From NCBI RefSeq assembly GCF_018977255.1, contig NW_024704742.1, positions 15,874,001 through 15,934,000 on the forward strand: a stretch of DNA of 60,000 nucleotides. The letters run 5' to 3'. Source of the DNA: Callorhinchus milii (taxonomy: Eukaryota). The translations under genes and the position numbers were made by a program. Below the pieces are notes generated by a model that ran no database searches, was not told the origin of the DNA, and worked only from the letters and a program-made list of their open reading frames with translations. This document shows positions 1 through 13,404 of the stretch, in pieces. Each line of letters opens with the position of its first letter. The first letter of the stretch is position 1.

Positions 1-1495
1 GCTGCCTTCAAGGTGTTCCATGATCGCCTCTCCTCCACCTTCAACTCCCTTGTCCAAGATGTCTCCAAACCCACTCGCTACCCTGGTACAACAACTATCT
101 CCGCTCCCTAAAATCCCAAACCGGCTGCTCGTGCGCAGGTGGCAGAAAAACAGCCTCATGGTTCACCACCAGCTGTGGCTCGAGCATCTTCATACCTACC
201 ACCGCTCCCTGTCGCAAGCAAAAACTGTGCACTACTCAAACATCATACCAGAGGCCAACAATAACTCCAAAATCCTATTCTCCACCGCCCATCACCTCCT
301 CCGTGTGCTCCCTCAATTCTCAATCATCACATCTAACGCCAAGTGCGAAGAGGTCATGGACTTCCTTACCTCTAAAATTGACAACATCTGCCTCGCAGCT
401 TTATCCTTATGCCCCGTGTCGCCTACCACCACCTCCATTCTGTTTCCCTCACCTACCCTACCCTCAGCTCCTACCACTGCCCCCATCTCTCCTTCCTCCC
501 TCTCATCCACCACCACCACAATGAAACCCATCACTTGCTGCCTTGACTCCCTCCCCACCCAAGTGCTGATCACCCTGCTCCCCCTCCTCTGCCCACTGCT
601 GGCAGACACTATTAACCAGTCTCTGTCCTCAGGATGAGTCCCACTTCCCCTCAAAACTGCGGTCATCACCCTCTTCCTTAAACAACTTACCCTCGATCCC
701 TCCAACCTCGACTACTACCGTCTGTCCCATGGTTCTGACCTCCTCAACCTATGCGACCCATCCGTAAAAATCTCCGAACCCATGCGCAACTTAGGCATCA
801 GGTTCGCTCTCCAGTTATCCTTCCTCCGCCACATCCGGTACCTGACCAGCACCGCTTTCTTCTACTTTCGCCACATTGCCCGTCTCTGACAATACCTCAC
901 CACAAAAAGCTGCCAAAGCTCTTGTCCATGCCTTTGTCACCTCTTGGCTGAACTACTCTAATGCCTTCCTCGCCGATCTTCCCTCCTCCACTATTCACAC
1001 AATTCAGCTCATTCAAAATTCTGCCGCCCGCATTCTCACCCGTACCAAATTCCGCACACCAATTACTCCAGTTCTTGCCAAATTCCACTGTCTCCCTGTC
1101 ACCGAGTGGATTGACTTAAAGATCCTCACTCTAGTGTTTAAATCCCTCCATTCTTTGGCAGCCCCCCTATCTCTCTAACCTCCTCTCTCCCCACAGCAGT
1201 ACCCGATGCCTCCACTCTACTGGGTCCAGCCTCCTCTGTGTCCCCTGAATCCTCTGCTCCACCATTAGCGGCCGTGTCTTCAGCCACTATGCCCCGAACT
1301 TTGGAACTCCCTCCCTCAACTCCTTGCCTCGCCCCTTCCTTCCCCATCTTCAGGTCGGGCCTGAAGACCTTACTCGACCACGCCTGTGCTTACTATCCCC
1401 CTCCCCCTGGCTCGGCCTCAGGCTCCGCCATTGTTAAGAACTCTGAGACACCACCTGGCATAGAGGTCGCTATATAAATGCAAGTCGTTGTTGTT
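1..1495 (+). mobile_element. L2-clade LINE, decayed ORF2 fragment with large internal deletion of the RT core, plus 3' UTR and tail
   Basis: ORFs contain L2 ORF2 motifs (MKPITCCLDSLPT; VITLFLKQLTLDPSNLDYY; ALVHAFVTSWLNYSNAFLADLP..IQLIQNSAARIL). Sequence jumps near 730 from the pre-RT region to the post-RT region. Ends in gctatataaatgcaagtcgttgttgttg. Confidence 0.92.
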
Positions 1496-1552
1496 GAACT
1501 CACTGCCTTCTGACTCAAAGGCCAGAGTGTTACCAACTGAGCCAGGTTGACT
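1496..1552 (-). mobile_element. DeuSINE tRNA-like head fragment
   Basis: Reverse complement reads gtcaacctggctcagttggtaacactctggcctttgagtcagaagg, matching the head of the copy at 45349. Confidence 0.7.
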
Positions 1553-2443
1553 ATGAATTGAGCCAGGAAAGAGAGAGAGATTGAAGCTGTGGGGGGGATG
1601 GGAAGTGGGGGACATCAGTGCTAGGAGTATCAGGTTAGGTGCTGATTTGTGGAGCTGTGTGCAAGACTCCTTTGACCTTGTGTAGTATGGGATTCAAAGC
1701 TTTGATCAAGAGGCCAATGATCAGAATATAAATGTTTCACATCTGCATTAAAATAATGGAAAATTCTAGGGTGAGGCAACTGTATTGCCTGATTACAGAG
1801 GGTGGTCCATGTAGCATGACTTCAGATTACTTTAAATCTATTTACTTTGTGATCATTTCAAGAAGATATGATCCCACATGCTGCTTCTATTTTGTATTTA
1901 GATCTTGTTCTGATTGTTCCATTTGTCGGATTCCATAGTAACAGACTGTTCAGCAGATAACTTCTCCTGGGCCAAAAGCAAACAAATTATCAGGTATAGT
2001 GGCCTGCAATTTATAGGGTAAAATCTGTGACCTAACTTAACCCGCTCCTTGTGTTAATTAATGCTGGTGAAGAGAATGAAATTTCTAATTAAAAGTTGAC
2101 ATTCATTATCCCCAGCGTGAAACTTCCCTGCGTTGCCAGGGCTGCTCCCAAGGTGCCCCAGCCTGCTCGTCCCTCCAATCTGTCAGTATCCTAGCAGATC
2201 TTTGTTTAAAATAAACTACATGTAAAACCTTCATGTAATCAGTTTATACTCCTTGCATTTGACCTTTATGTTTGATATACCACTTATAATGTAGGAATGA
2301 TTCAAACAGTCCACAGTAATTGCTGTTAAGTGCAGTGTCGGTGTATTTTGAGGTGAACTTGCAGCCTATTTCTGCACAGCAATGTTCCACAAACAGCCAA
2401 GAACTGAACAACCAATTTATTTAGTTTCCTGATATACCAATTT

Positions 2444-2862
2444 TAATAATAATAATCCTTGCATTTGGTATAGCGCCTTTCATGTCGGAAGGACGTCTCA
2501 AAGTGCATCACAGGATTTACTGTGAAATGGAGTGAATGTGTATTTGTAAGCAAACGTGGCAACACAATAGCGCTCAGCAACATCCACAAACAGCCATGAA
2601 ACGAGTGCCAAATTTTATTTGAGGGATCGTCGGCCAGGACACTGGGAGAAATTCCCTTCTCTTTTTCAATAATGCCATGGGATCTTTAATGTCCACCTAA
2701 ACAGGCAGACAGGACCTCGGTTGAACATCTCATCCAAAATATGGCACCTCCGCCAATGCAACACCCTCACCAGCTTAGACATTATGTGTTCAAGCCCCTA
2801 TGTAGGATTTGAATCCACAACCTTCTGGCTCAGAGGTGAGAGTGCTGAACCTGAACCAAGAT
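2444..2862 (-). mobile_element. Old DeuSINE (SacSINE1/AmnSINE-like), near full length
   Basis: tRNA-like head, central Deu-type segment (ggtggacattaaagatcccatggcatt) and L2-type 3' end with (ATT)n. Colinear with 45349-45772. Confidence 0.8.
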
Positions 2863-4309
2863 AATACACTATTTTAATTCCAAATATAGACTTTTAAATC
2901 GTGAATCCCTTGGACTGCACCATTGTGCTGAGACTGGAGAATGGATGGAATATTTCTCAAGCTATGATTATTGAAAAAGATCTGTAGAAAATTAGCTTCC
3001 AAATTAAGACTGAATTTAAGAATTTCAGATTTCAAAATTCAAAAAGATCTTAAATTTTAAAACAAAGTTTAAAAGCTAAAGGACGTGAAGATGATCAAAC
3101 ATTAATAAATAGCACTAGCTGGGTTGTTATTTAATCAGAGACTGATACAGATCTGGCATTCAAATGTAAGCATCACATGACTTTTTCCAAGAAGACTATA
3201 ATTCATATTTCATTTCCTAGTGCATCTCTTTCAGCAGTTAATCGAACTAGGTTTGGATAGTACCATAAACACTGTAGAATTGTTGTTATAAATCACTGAA
3301 GGATACTGTTAAAACGAAGTTGAATTCATTTGGACCAGTCTAAAGGAAGAAGAGTGTATTTTTTCAAAAATACAACTCTTGAATAGAGCTTATTTTTCAT
3401 CGTGCTTAACAAAAGATTGTCAAGTGCCTTCAAACGTAAACAATGCTTTCAGTTATTCTTAAATTGAGGTCTCTGTAATCTGGCATCTGAACGTGGTTAG
3501 GAGTGCCATCCTTTTCGACTTGCACACTAATGTTTTTCTTTTCAATCAAACTCCATTGTCCATGTGGATGTGTATAATTAGATTGTTTTTATGATGTATG
3601 GGAGAGAGAGAGGAACACTAAAAATAAAAACAATTTAAAATAAATCCAGAAAAGGACATGACATCTGTTTACACCTCAAGACCAAATGTACTGCATATTT
3701 ACTCTCAGTGACTTTTATGTGCATCTATGCATGCGTGTATACACACGCTCATGTGGGTGAGCACAAGTGGGGGAGGATGACAATTTATGATTACAGATGT
3801 CTGCCTATTTATTATTCATCCATCGATTTGTTCTGTCAAGTTTTGTAAAGCGAAATAATTGGAATAAATGCTTAAATATTCTTGAAGTCATTGGCAGCAA
3901 ACATGAGTTTTCAATTGTTTTGTATCCCATCATGTAGTTTCTATGACAAAATATGTAAAATTTGAGGTATGCCACATCGAATCATGGGAGCGACATTTCA
4001 GCGTGAACTGCTTTTAGAGCGAAGTTCCCGTGAGTTGGAATGATGTATAAGGCAGATTTCAAGGTTCCGAAAGACTATCCATATTCTGGTTCCTTATTAA
4101 AGAATCATGTTAGGTGTCAACAATGAGGTATTGCATAGAGACTTTGAAATAAGGATAAATCTTTATCTTCAACCCATAAAGAAGGAGATTTAAAAAGCAT
4201 GTTGGTCAAGATAAAGCACTTGTTTGGCATAGAGTATTGATTATGAGGTGCCTGGTGCAAAGACTGCCTGAAGACCGATTATATCTGGTTGTACTTTTGG
4301 AAGTAATGC

Positions 4310-4540
4310 TTATCCTGCTTGTCCCTCGGCAATCTCTGTTCCACCATCGGTGCCACACTTTCAGTCACTACACCCCGAAACTCTGGAGCACTCTTCCTCT
4401 ATCCCTCCACCTTGCCCCCTCATCTTCAGGTCGCACATGAAGACCTTCCTGTTCGACCATGCCTATGGTAACCTCCGTCTGACTTGGCATCTTGCTTTGC
4501 TATTGGCAAGCACTATCAGATGTCATTTGTGACTTTAACA
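4310..4540 (+). mobile_element. L2 LINE 3' fragment
   Basis: FSHYTPKLWSTLP..KTFLFDHAY, the L2 ORF2 C-terminus. Confidence 0.8.
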
Positions 4541-4554
4541 AGTGCTGTATCTGT

Positions 4555-4742
4555 GCTGTGAGTAGGGTGAAAAACAGACTGCAGAGGCTTAAGGAGAGAG
4601 TGGAAGAGGAGGTGTGACCAAAATTGACCTGTCACAATGTATTCCAAGACTTTGGCAAGTAAAGGTAAGTTGGAAATGGACGGTAGAGTGAGAGATTAGA
4701 GGGATTGAGGGTAGGTATTTTGAGGATGGGTTTAATAATAGA
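4555..4742 (-). mobile_element. L2 LINE RT N-terminal fragment
   Basis: Reverse strand encodes a decayed PILK..LNPSNLSLYRP motif. Confidence 0.7.
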
Positions 4743-5110
4743 ACGGATCGATTTTAAGATTCTCTCACTCATCTACAAATCCCTTCACGCCAGGCACCTC
4801 CTACCTTTCTGACCTGCTTTCTCCTCACTCTACCTCCCACTCGGCTGGTTCTGGCCTTCTGCTTGTCCCTCACCCCTCCATTCCACCATCGGTGGACTCA
4901 CTTTCAGCCACTATGCCCCGAAGCTTTGGAACTCTCTCCACAATTACTCCGCCTTCACCTCCTTCAGATCATGACTGAAGACTTTCTTCTTCGACCGTGC
5001 TTATGGTCATCTTCTCCCTCCAGTTTAGGGTTAGGTTCCATCTTTGTTAAGCGCTCCCAGACTCTGCCCCACATGAAGGGCCCTATATAAATGCAAGTTG
5101 TTGTTGTTGA
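4743..5110 (+). mobile_element. L2 LINE 3' fragment with (GTT)n tail
   Basis: cggatcgattttaagattctc (RIDFKIL) through ctatataaatgcaagttgttgttgttg. Confidence 0.88.
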
Positions 5111-6619
5111 TGGTGACATTTGGTTGTGCAATATTGTACTTTTGAATTCTTGGAAGGAAGAAACTGCACAATCCAGAAGAAAGGAAACTAATGGCACTAT
5201 GCTAAAAAGGGAGACAAACAAGACATCTGATGTGAAATTCATCACATTTATTGCCTGTATTTCCACTCCTGGGGACATCCCAACTCAATGAATCGCTACA
5301 GGTGAATCTTTCACCTTGACTCTGGTTTTGTGAGAATGGTTGGACCCAGTGTTGCTTGTAACCCCATTACGGCAACCTCTAATACTGCCCACAAGCCGCA
5401 GAATTTCAGTGTTGATTCACAGAATACCATCTTAACTCAACTTTAAAAGCTGAGTGATAATTATCGATGACAAGCTGCACTTATATGGCATCTGTACAAG
5501 TGGCAGTTATATAGTATTATTTATGCTAAAATGAGCTTCAAGAATGTTAATGCCACCTCAGAAAATAAAATAACACTTGTCTTAATGCAGACCAAAGGGA
5601 TGAAATCTGTGGAGAAAAATTACTCTGGGCCATGAGTAAAACATTGACAAGGTCCAGGCGAGGTATTGCTAGTGCTACCACATATTTTTAATGCCAACAA
5701 ACCCTCTGAAATTTCTTATGTTATGATAAAAGAAAAATGCTGCCCAATTCTTAAAATGCCACCATTAACTCCTCTGCTATCCACACAGAAAGTTTCTATC
5801 CATGGAAACCAAAAAGGGCAAAATTCTTACACAATCAAACATATATTGGCTTAATTTAATAAACTTTGAAAAAATCAATAAACATTTTAACTGGCTTCCA
5901 ATTTAGCAATGCAATTCATCTTTCTAAGACTGTTGAGTCTGTGTTTTGAGATTCACACAAATCTGAAAGAGCAGATTTCTGTTTGATTTCTAGTGCTCTT
6001 AAATTGTTGTCTCCGCCAATAACACAAAAAGCAACAGGACTGTTATCTTCTGGGGAACTATTATTAGAAACATATCACCCAATGAAGGCTTATGGGAGTG
6101 GGTGCTGCACTGGAGATTAACATTGTGCCTTGGCTCCTGTTTTCTAGAGGGAAATTACAGAAAAATGCTGATTTAAGACAATAAGCCAAAGAAAAAAATG
6201 CTGTTGATATATAATTAGCAAGACTCCCTGATGACACTGTTGATAAGTTCACTGATCAGTGTGTAACTGAGCCACACAAACAACCCGGCCTTACTCCCTA
6301 GTCTCTGTGTGAGCGAGTTGGTGTTTACCAGGTTCTCTCACTCCATACAGCCTAAAGGAAGTGTCACTTTTATACAATTGAAATGAAGTCAACCGTGTGG
6401 CCAAAAGCTGAAAGGCTAAGAACGGCCTCAGACTTGATAATGCCTTGAGGAAGAATCTACTTTTATATTAGGCACATCTACAATACTGTGGGATTTGTTC
6501 AGAATTGTTATAACTGAAGTTCGCCATTGGGGAAAATACTTTGTGCCATCTGTTTGCAGAATCTTTACACAATAACCGACTTTAGTTCACCTAACCCAAC
6601 CAGATGAACCGATTCATTT

Positions 6620-6852
6620 GCTTTTGCCGACAAAAATGCAGCAGTGTACTTGATGGTATTTTGTGAAATGCTTTGAGAGATGTTCAGATTGATAAGGTGC
6701 TATAAAAATACAATTATTTTTAATAAATGATAATAATAATCCTTGCATTTGATATAGCGCTTTTCACGTCTTCTAGATGTCTCAAAGTGCTTCACAGAAT
6801 ATACTGTAAAGTGAATTGACCGTATATTTAACTTAAAGTGAATTGACCATAT
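6620..6852. mobile_element. Two SINE 3' fragments tail-to-tail (+ 6620-6720; - 6722-6852)
   Basis: gtgaaatgctttgagag..gctataaaaatac followed by aataatccttgcatttgatatagcgcttttcacgtc. Confidence 0.8.
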
Positions 6853-7809
6853 GATAAACTTCACAGCTTTAATAAACTTTACAAGATTTGTGCCCCTGAT
6901 CTCCCTTCCTTTCCCATGAAGAAAAGAACACAAGGGAAAGGAAGGGATGAGCCTGTTCCTGCTATCACCTCTATACTTGTGATAACATTCATGGCTAGTC
7001 GGAAAGGGAACTCACATAATCCACGCATTTGATATCTTCATATTCACGAATCCCCTCCAGAATAAAACCTTGTAAAATCAGAGGCACAAAATACAAGTTA
7101 ACTTACAGTTTTAGAAAATCATTAAAGCATGTACACAAACTAGCAACCGTCTCAAAGTTAATGAGTCCATTCCAATAAGTGAAAACATTCCTTGGATAAA
7201 AGTAATTGGGATATTCTCCTCTTCAACGTGCTCCAAGAGAACCATCATTTGCCTTGTATATAAAACATCTCATTAATTACTAAGTCCAAGGTTTACCTAA
7301 AGCGAATGATTCAACTCCATTATGCTTAGTAATCTTACATTCTCTCAAGAAAAACAAAATAGAAATTAAAGATGAAATGCATAACTACTAGATTTCCCTC
7401 ATTCTGAAAACTCTCTGCTAAGTTTACATCTAAACACACCAAGCACTTCTCCGGGGCAATTTATTTAACCTCTTAGTCCCTGTGGTAGATTCCAATTTAA
7501 GTAATAGGTTTGTTTAATTATTCTGACTCAACACTCACTGCTCTGGTCTGTGTGACTGTGTTTATTCATGCAAAAAAAATGTATGCTCTGACCATATAAG
7601 AGCAAATTAAGATGAGGGAGAAAGTCTCAAGGATATTGTTTTTATAGTTTGATGGAAAATACAAATATTGTTTCCTGGAAAATATCTAAATTTAATCTAT
7701 ATTTTTAGTGATTCGCATTCAGACATTTGCGGTTGATTTGAAGGCTCTGAAAGTCAATCTAAATTATTCTGGTAATTTGAACACGTCTGTGGCCAATATG
7801 TGGCTGTGG

Positions 7810-8050
7810 CCACCATTGACCGCCATGCTTTCAGCCACTATGTCCTGAAGCTTTAGAATTCTCTCCCACAATCCCTCCACCTTGCCCCCTCCTTCCCCTC
7901 TTTTAGATCATGACCAAAGACCTTCCTCTTCCACCATGCTTACGGTCACCTCCTCCCTTCCCCCAGCTTGGTGTCAGGCTTCTCCACTCTTATGCACTTC
8001 CAAGACGCTGCCCAGTGTGAAGGGTACTATAAAAATGCAAGTTATTGTTA
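7810..8050 (+). mobile_element. L2 LINE 3' fragment
   Basis: ttcagccactatgtcctgaagc..tataaaaatgcaagttattgtt, same subfamily as 4743-5110. Confidence 0.85.
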
Positions 8051-8349
8051 TATAATGCAGATAATACTCTATATAAAGAGACAAAAAATAGACTATCAGA
8101 CTAGTCAGTAGGTAAACTAGCTATATATAACAGCCCAAATAAAATCAATTGTTTGTTCAGAGTGAAAAGAAATATTCTTAGCATTATTATGAAAAATAAC
8201 ACTGGCCAAGACTTTCCCCTCAGCTTTTTACAGTAAAGCTTGGAACATTTCTACTTCCATGAACATCAAAATCTAACCTTATGAGTGCACAGACCTTTAC
8301 TCAGACACAGTAACCTGTCAGGATCAGTCATGGTCTAAATACTAATCTT

Positions 8350-8642
8350 TATGTTTGTTATAGTGTTTATTAGAATCAAAATGTCTGGCACTTCAATGCA
8401 ATTTCCTGTAAAGTGTAGTGATTTTCTATTAGTAGATGAATGCAGCAGCCAATTGCACACAACCATGTTCCACAAAGAGGCATGAAGTGAATGACCAATT
8501 TTAAAGGGAGGGTTGAGTGACCAGAACACTGGGAGAAACTCCTTTCTCTTGTCAAATAGCGTCTTGGGTTCATTAACAAGCCACTTGCATACACCGGCAG
8601 GACCTCAGTTTAACATTTCATCCAAATAACAGCATCTCCAAC
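8350..8642 (-). mobile_element. DeuSINE fragment
   Basis: gcagccaattgcacacaaccatgttccacaaa..ccagaacactgggagaaactcc..ggacctcagtttaacatttcatcc, colinear with 2444-2862. Confidence 0.75.
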
Positions 8643-8689
8643 AATAATAATTATATTTAGATATTCTCTTTAGCAGATTTTTCAGCACT

Positions 8690-9290
8690 TTCTTGGCTGT
8701 CTGTACCATTCATTTCACACATCATTTCCCCTGCTTGAAACACTATTCTTTTACAAATTTCTCAAACTCTTCGATTTTCCTCACTACTCCAACTGCTCTG
8801 GTGTCATTACATTTTGCTATTTCAGAATATTTGGACATGTAGTCAGTCAACCAGGACCACATAAATCACGCAATCCACCTGAAATAGGTCCATAATTACC
8901 TTCGTCCATAATCTCACTGGAATTTTTTTTTGTACTTTTCCTTTTTCTTTGCCTGTGATGTCTTGCACAGGTATCACAATTTCTTATATAGTCCTTCATC
9001 AGCATAGATATTCCTGGTCAAAACATCTAATCAATCTCTTTTCATTGGATCTTGATTCTATATCACAAAATTCACCTCTAACAATCACCGGTTTTACATT
9101 TGAACTTGGACAACACAACTGAACCAGGCTGACATCTAACAGACACCTATTTGGATGTCCTTTATTTACACCATTAAACAAGTTTAAGACAGACCAGGAT
9201 TGATCCACTTTAATGCATTTGAATCTCTTCCCCCTCCTCCCTCAACACTAAACAGGCACAAACTCACAACATGTTAAAATTCCTTTGTTT
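8690..9290 (-). mobile_element. Highly decayed CR1-like ORF2 (endonuclease region)
   Basis: Minus ORF 8999-9208 (..PVIVRGEFCDIE..RLIRCFDQEYL) resembles the APE GDFN region of CR1. Heavily mutated. Confidence 0.45.
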
Positions 9291-9826
9291 CACAAACCAG
9301 AGTGGATAAATGTACTGCTCTTAATCAGCTTGAATACAAAGTAATTGAAAAGTCCTTTAAACTGGATCAAATTCTTGTTTCAACTAAATCATGGAATCAG
9401 GAGATTGGAATCTTCAAATCACAAAGGCCTGAAATTCCTCTCGACTGAGCCTGAGCTATGGTGGGGACTATGCCAACGCTCTGCTTGTCGGCCTTTCCAA
9501 CTCTTACGTCCACAAGCTGCAGATCATCCAGAACTCTTAACTCTTTCTTGGTAAACGCACTGGAATTTTGACCTGGTCATTTTAAAGTAATTTTCTCAGA
9601 TTAGTGATTATTCTTGTATTTAGAAACCATTTTGAAATTTAACACTGTGTAATTAAAAACAGATGAACCATGTGATCACTTTCAATTTGTCATGTGTTTC
9701 TAAAAGAATTTGTAATAGAATTTCATCCAGCCTGACCTTCAATAAGTTATGTTTGAAGAAAATAAACAGTTATGCATTTCCATCAGAGTTGACTGATCTT
9801 CAATCTACTATTGTTACAGTTGTCAT

Positions 9827-10120
9827 ACAACAACAAAAACAACTTGCATTTATTATAGTACCCTTTATGAACATTAATATCTTGGAGTGCTTCACACTGG
9901 CGGGGTGGGACGCTGAGCACATAAGAAGATGACCATAGGCACAGACAAAGAGGTAGGTTTTAAGAAATGATTTAAGAATATATCAAAAGAGGGTGAGGTG
10001 GAGGGATAGAGGCAAGGTGCTGGAGGCCTGGCCACCAATGATGTTGCAGAGAAGGTGGGGATATGCAGCAGGTTTGTATTAGCTGAGCATAAGGGGCAGG
10101 CAGAGACTTTTCTGTCGTGG
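9827..10120 (-). mobile_element. Old L2 3' fragment
   Basis: caacaacaaaaacaacttgcatttattatag tail followed by purine-rich antisense of the ORF2 end. Confidence 0.7.
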
Positions 10121-10307
10121 CAATGGGAAAAACTAGATTTCTTTACATCTGTTTCTTTTTGTCATTTTAGCCCCCTTACCAGAGTTCATATTCCAAATAC
10201 TGCTACAATAATTTTACTCAAAACAACACATCAAACTTTATTAATCCAAGTGTAAATACAAATACAGCTCAGAAAACTCACTGCTAAATAATTTGTAAAG
10301 GGCTATC

Positions 10308-10760
10308 CATAGAATTGCATAGAGTGATATAACACAGGAACAGGCTCTTTGGCCCAAATAGTCCATGAAGTGTTTATATTCCATAGAAATCTCCACTCCT
10401 CCAATTCTCCTCTCCTTTACCACCCCAACCCCCCTATTCCCTTCTCTTAAATATATTGATGCTATTTGCTTCAACCATAATTTCTGGAGCAATGAGTCCC
10501 ACATTCTCACCACTTTCTACATAAAGAGGTTCCTCCTTCAATTCCCTTTTGTTATATTATTTTCTACCTTATTTTGATGCCACCATATTTTGGAACACCA
10601 ACAAGTAGAAACAGTCTTTAATGTCCACCTTATCAAACTTTTCATAATGTTAAATATCTCCATTTTATCCCTTCTTAACCCTCTAGAGAAGAACGCTCCA
10701 ACTTATCCAATCTTTCCTGAAAACTGCAACTCCTCATTCTTGGCAACATCCTTGTAAATG
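10308..10760 (-). mobile_element. CR1 LINE 3' fragment
   Basis: catagaattgcatagag tail, ggctctttggccca hairpin and ORF2 end, homologous to 54622-55200. Confidence 0.75.
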
Positions 10761-11123
10761 TGTGGAATACACATTGTTTTGTCCCAGGATTATCTTTATC
10801 AGAGACCACACTATATTTCTGCAAGATTCACAGCAGAAGATTAGATTTGCCCATTATATTTTGTGAGTGATGATGATGCCGAGACTAAGTGGTACACATG
10901 AAGAGCAGTTACAGATACATTTTCCTTTTTTTGGTAGGGGGCAATCGGGAGCCTGCCACATGTGAAACCCATCGCCATGTTTCAGAGTATCCAAATCAGA
11001 CAGAGTTCCATGCTTGCTACCTACATTCCCGTGTCTGGAATAGAATGTGCACTCTCTCCCTGGAGGAATGCACCCTGTATGCCTAATTCAAGAGAGTATG
11101 AGGCCAGGTTGGCAAAGCTGAGG

Positions 11124-11171
11124 CTTGGGGACTACTGAGACCACTCAGTAGTGGTCTCAGTTGTCCCCAAG
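11124..11171. repeat. Near-perfect inverted repeat (22-bp arms, 4-nt loop)
   Basis: cttggggactactgagaccact-cagt-agtggtctcagttgtccccaag, one mismatch. Confidence 0.9.
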
Positions 11172-11706
11172 GTGGCCTCAAATCTAAGACTCCATTACCA
11201 AATATGTCACCTTGGAGCTAATTCAAATCCAAGGAGACCCCACTTAACTTACTCTCCTCCCCCTGCCCCGGAGGATAGTGGATACAGATACAATGAGTGT
11301 TGCCAGATAATGAGATCCATACATTTTGACTGTACATATGAACTACAGTGACAAGTGTAGAATGAAGAATCGTCCTTCGTAGCAACCACAGTTTGATGTT
11401 TAATGAAAATTTTAGATTTTCACATTGTTATTCAGGTTTCTTTTCACATTGTTAAGCCTTTTGTAGTAGTCATTCCAGAGCTTCGGGACGTCCTCCCGAT
11501 GGCAAAGGGGCTAAACAAATGTAATTTGTTGTTTGTTGTTGTATATTGATGCAGAAGTCCATGGTCAGGAACAGAGGAAGAGAAGTAAGCCAAAGTGGAA
11601 TAGAGGGTACTACTATAGTGAATAGAACTACAGTAGTTAGAATTGGGACCTGACTAAAGTGATCCAATTTTCGATCATTTTAATCTCCAGTGTACCCAGG
11701 CACAGA

Positions 11707-11928
11707 AGAGGTGAAATTCCACCTGTGCCTGGTTTAATCTATTTGTGTAGCATTTTAGAGCTTCCAGAATTTTACAAATTCCTAAATAAAGCCTTAATTT
11801 TGAGGCTTACTGTCTGTAAATTCTTTTAAGAAACTACAAAAAGCTGACTTCACAATTTCCCAAATTTGTGATGCTCTTAAATGCTAAACAAATCGAATAA
11901 AACTAGAAGCAAATGGAATTTCTCTCCC
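11707..11928. mobile_element. Foldback MITE, family A (GGGGAGAAATTCCA termini)
   Basis: Left gaggtgaaattccacctgtgcctggtttaatctatttgtgtagcattttagagc is an imperfect inverted repeat of right gctcttaaatgctaaacaaatcgaataaaactagaagcaaatggaatttctctccc. Homologous to 59074-59542. Confidence 0.75.
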
Positions 11929-13404
11929 AAAAGTGTCCATCTGAGCATGTATGCCATGATTTTCTAACTCAGTAAATTTCCCTGCTACCATGATAAGTGT
12001 AGCGGAAGGGCTATAGCAACAACCGAAGGTAAATGTATTTTGAAATTCATTATTATGTGTTTGTGACCTTTGTGGTCAAGCGGGGGTAGAAATGAGGTGG
12101 GGAGAACTTCCAATTTTTCACGGTTTAATGATGAAGTAACAGTCATTGCCTCCTAGGTAATTGTTTATAGGGCCTATGAATTGCTTATTAAGAGCCTATT
12201 TTGTCTTTGGCAGATTTTCACATTGTTAAGTCTTTTGCAATAATCATCCCAGTTGTATATGTATGCTTTTTCTTATGCTGCAGTTATCACAGCAACATTT
12301 TCCTTGCAGACTGCACAACACCCACGTAGAACTGGGATTGTTTTTTTTTGTAAACTAAAATGGCTTCACAGTGTTTTTTTAACTTCCTCTATCAGACCGT
12401 CAATCTTAGTCTATGAAGCATGCCGCTTGAGTTTTTACAATTCTATTTTCCACTACTTATTGCCATCAAAAATATTGATTCACATTTAGAAAGGACAAGT
12501 AGCTCAATTCAGGCTAGTTGTGTTGATTAATTATCATCACTTCAACTTGTATATGATTGAGCAGCAACATTTACAGCCCTAAATGTATCACTGTTCTGAA
12601 GTTCTGTGGTAAATTTGTAGCTTTTCAGTTGAATTAAATGGCTACGAAAGCCCACAGGAATGGAGATTTAATCCCTCTAGTAGATTTAAAATATACCAGT
12701 GAACTGATGAAGTGCTCCATACAGTGTAATTTGATTTGCTATAAACACCAATAGGTTGGTCCTAACGGGTGATTAGAATTAACTTGATGTGAACCTTCGC
12801 TCAAAAATGACTTCAGATGGTATCTAGAGGTGAGACGTTTTGAACAACAGGTGAATTAATAACAATGCTTACATTTAATGTGTTGCCTTTCATGTCGGGA
12901 GACATCTCAAAACACCTCACAGGATTAATTTTAAAGTATAGTGACTGTATTGTTTAATACTGCAAATTAGCAGTAACTATGAACAAGTATAGGCTGACCT
13001 TGTTATAATGATCACCTTGGGGAAAAAGAGAGTTATATCCGAGTGTTCGCTATAAACATTTAAATACTGAAATGACTGAACGTTACACATGGTGAGCAGT
13101 CATCTACTGAAGGGGAAGAGGAGCAGGTTTATGTGGTGAGGTTAGGGGAGCGGGCTGTGTGAACACCCAACCTATGCTCTCTCTGGCCTTGGATTTCCCT
13201 CCAGCCCCAGCAGGACTCCAACTCCCATGAGATCTCCCTCCAAATCTCCCTCCAGGACACATGGAGCATTAATAGCAGTAAACATTCAACAAACGGTCTT
13301 TATTAAATTGGAATACAATAGCAATAGTAATAAAGTACTGTACAGTATTACTGCATGAGAAAGAAGCATTAGTCCAACATCTTTGCCTTGTAATAACAAC
13401 AAAG

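Noticed and set aside
4555..5110. Twin-priming 5' inversion of one L2
   Set aside because: The geometry fits, but the inverted piece comes from far upstream in ORF2 and looks more decayed. Independent insertions are equally likely.
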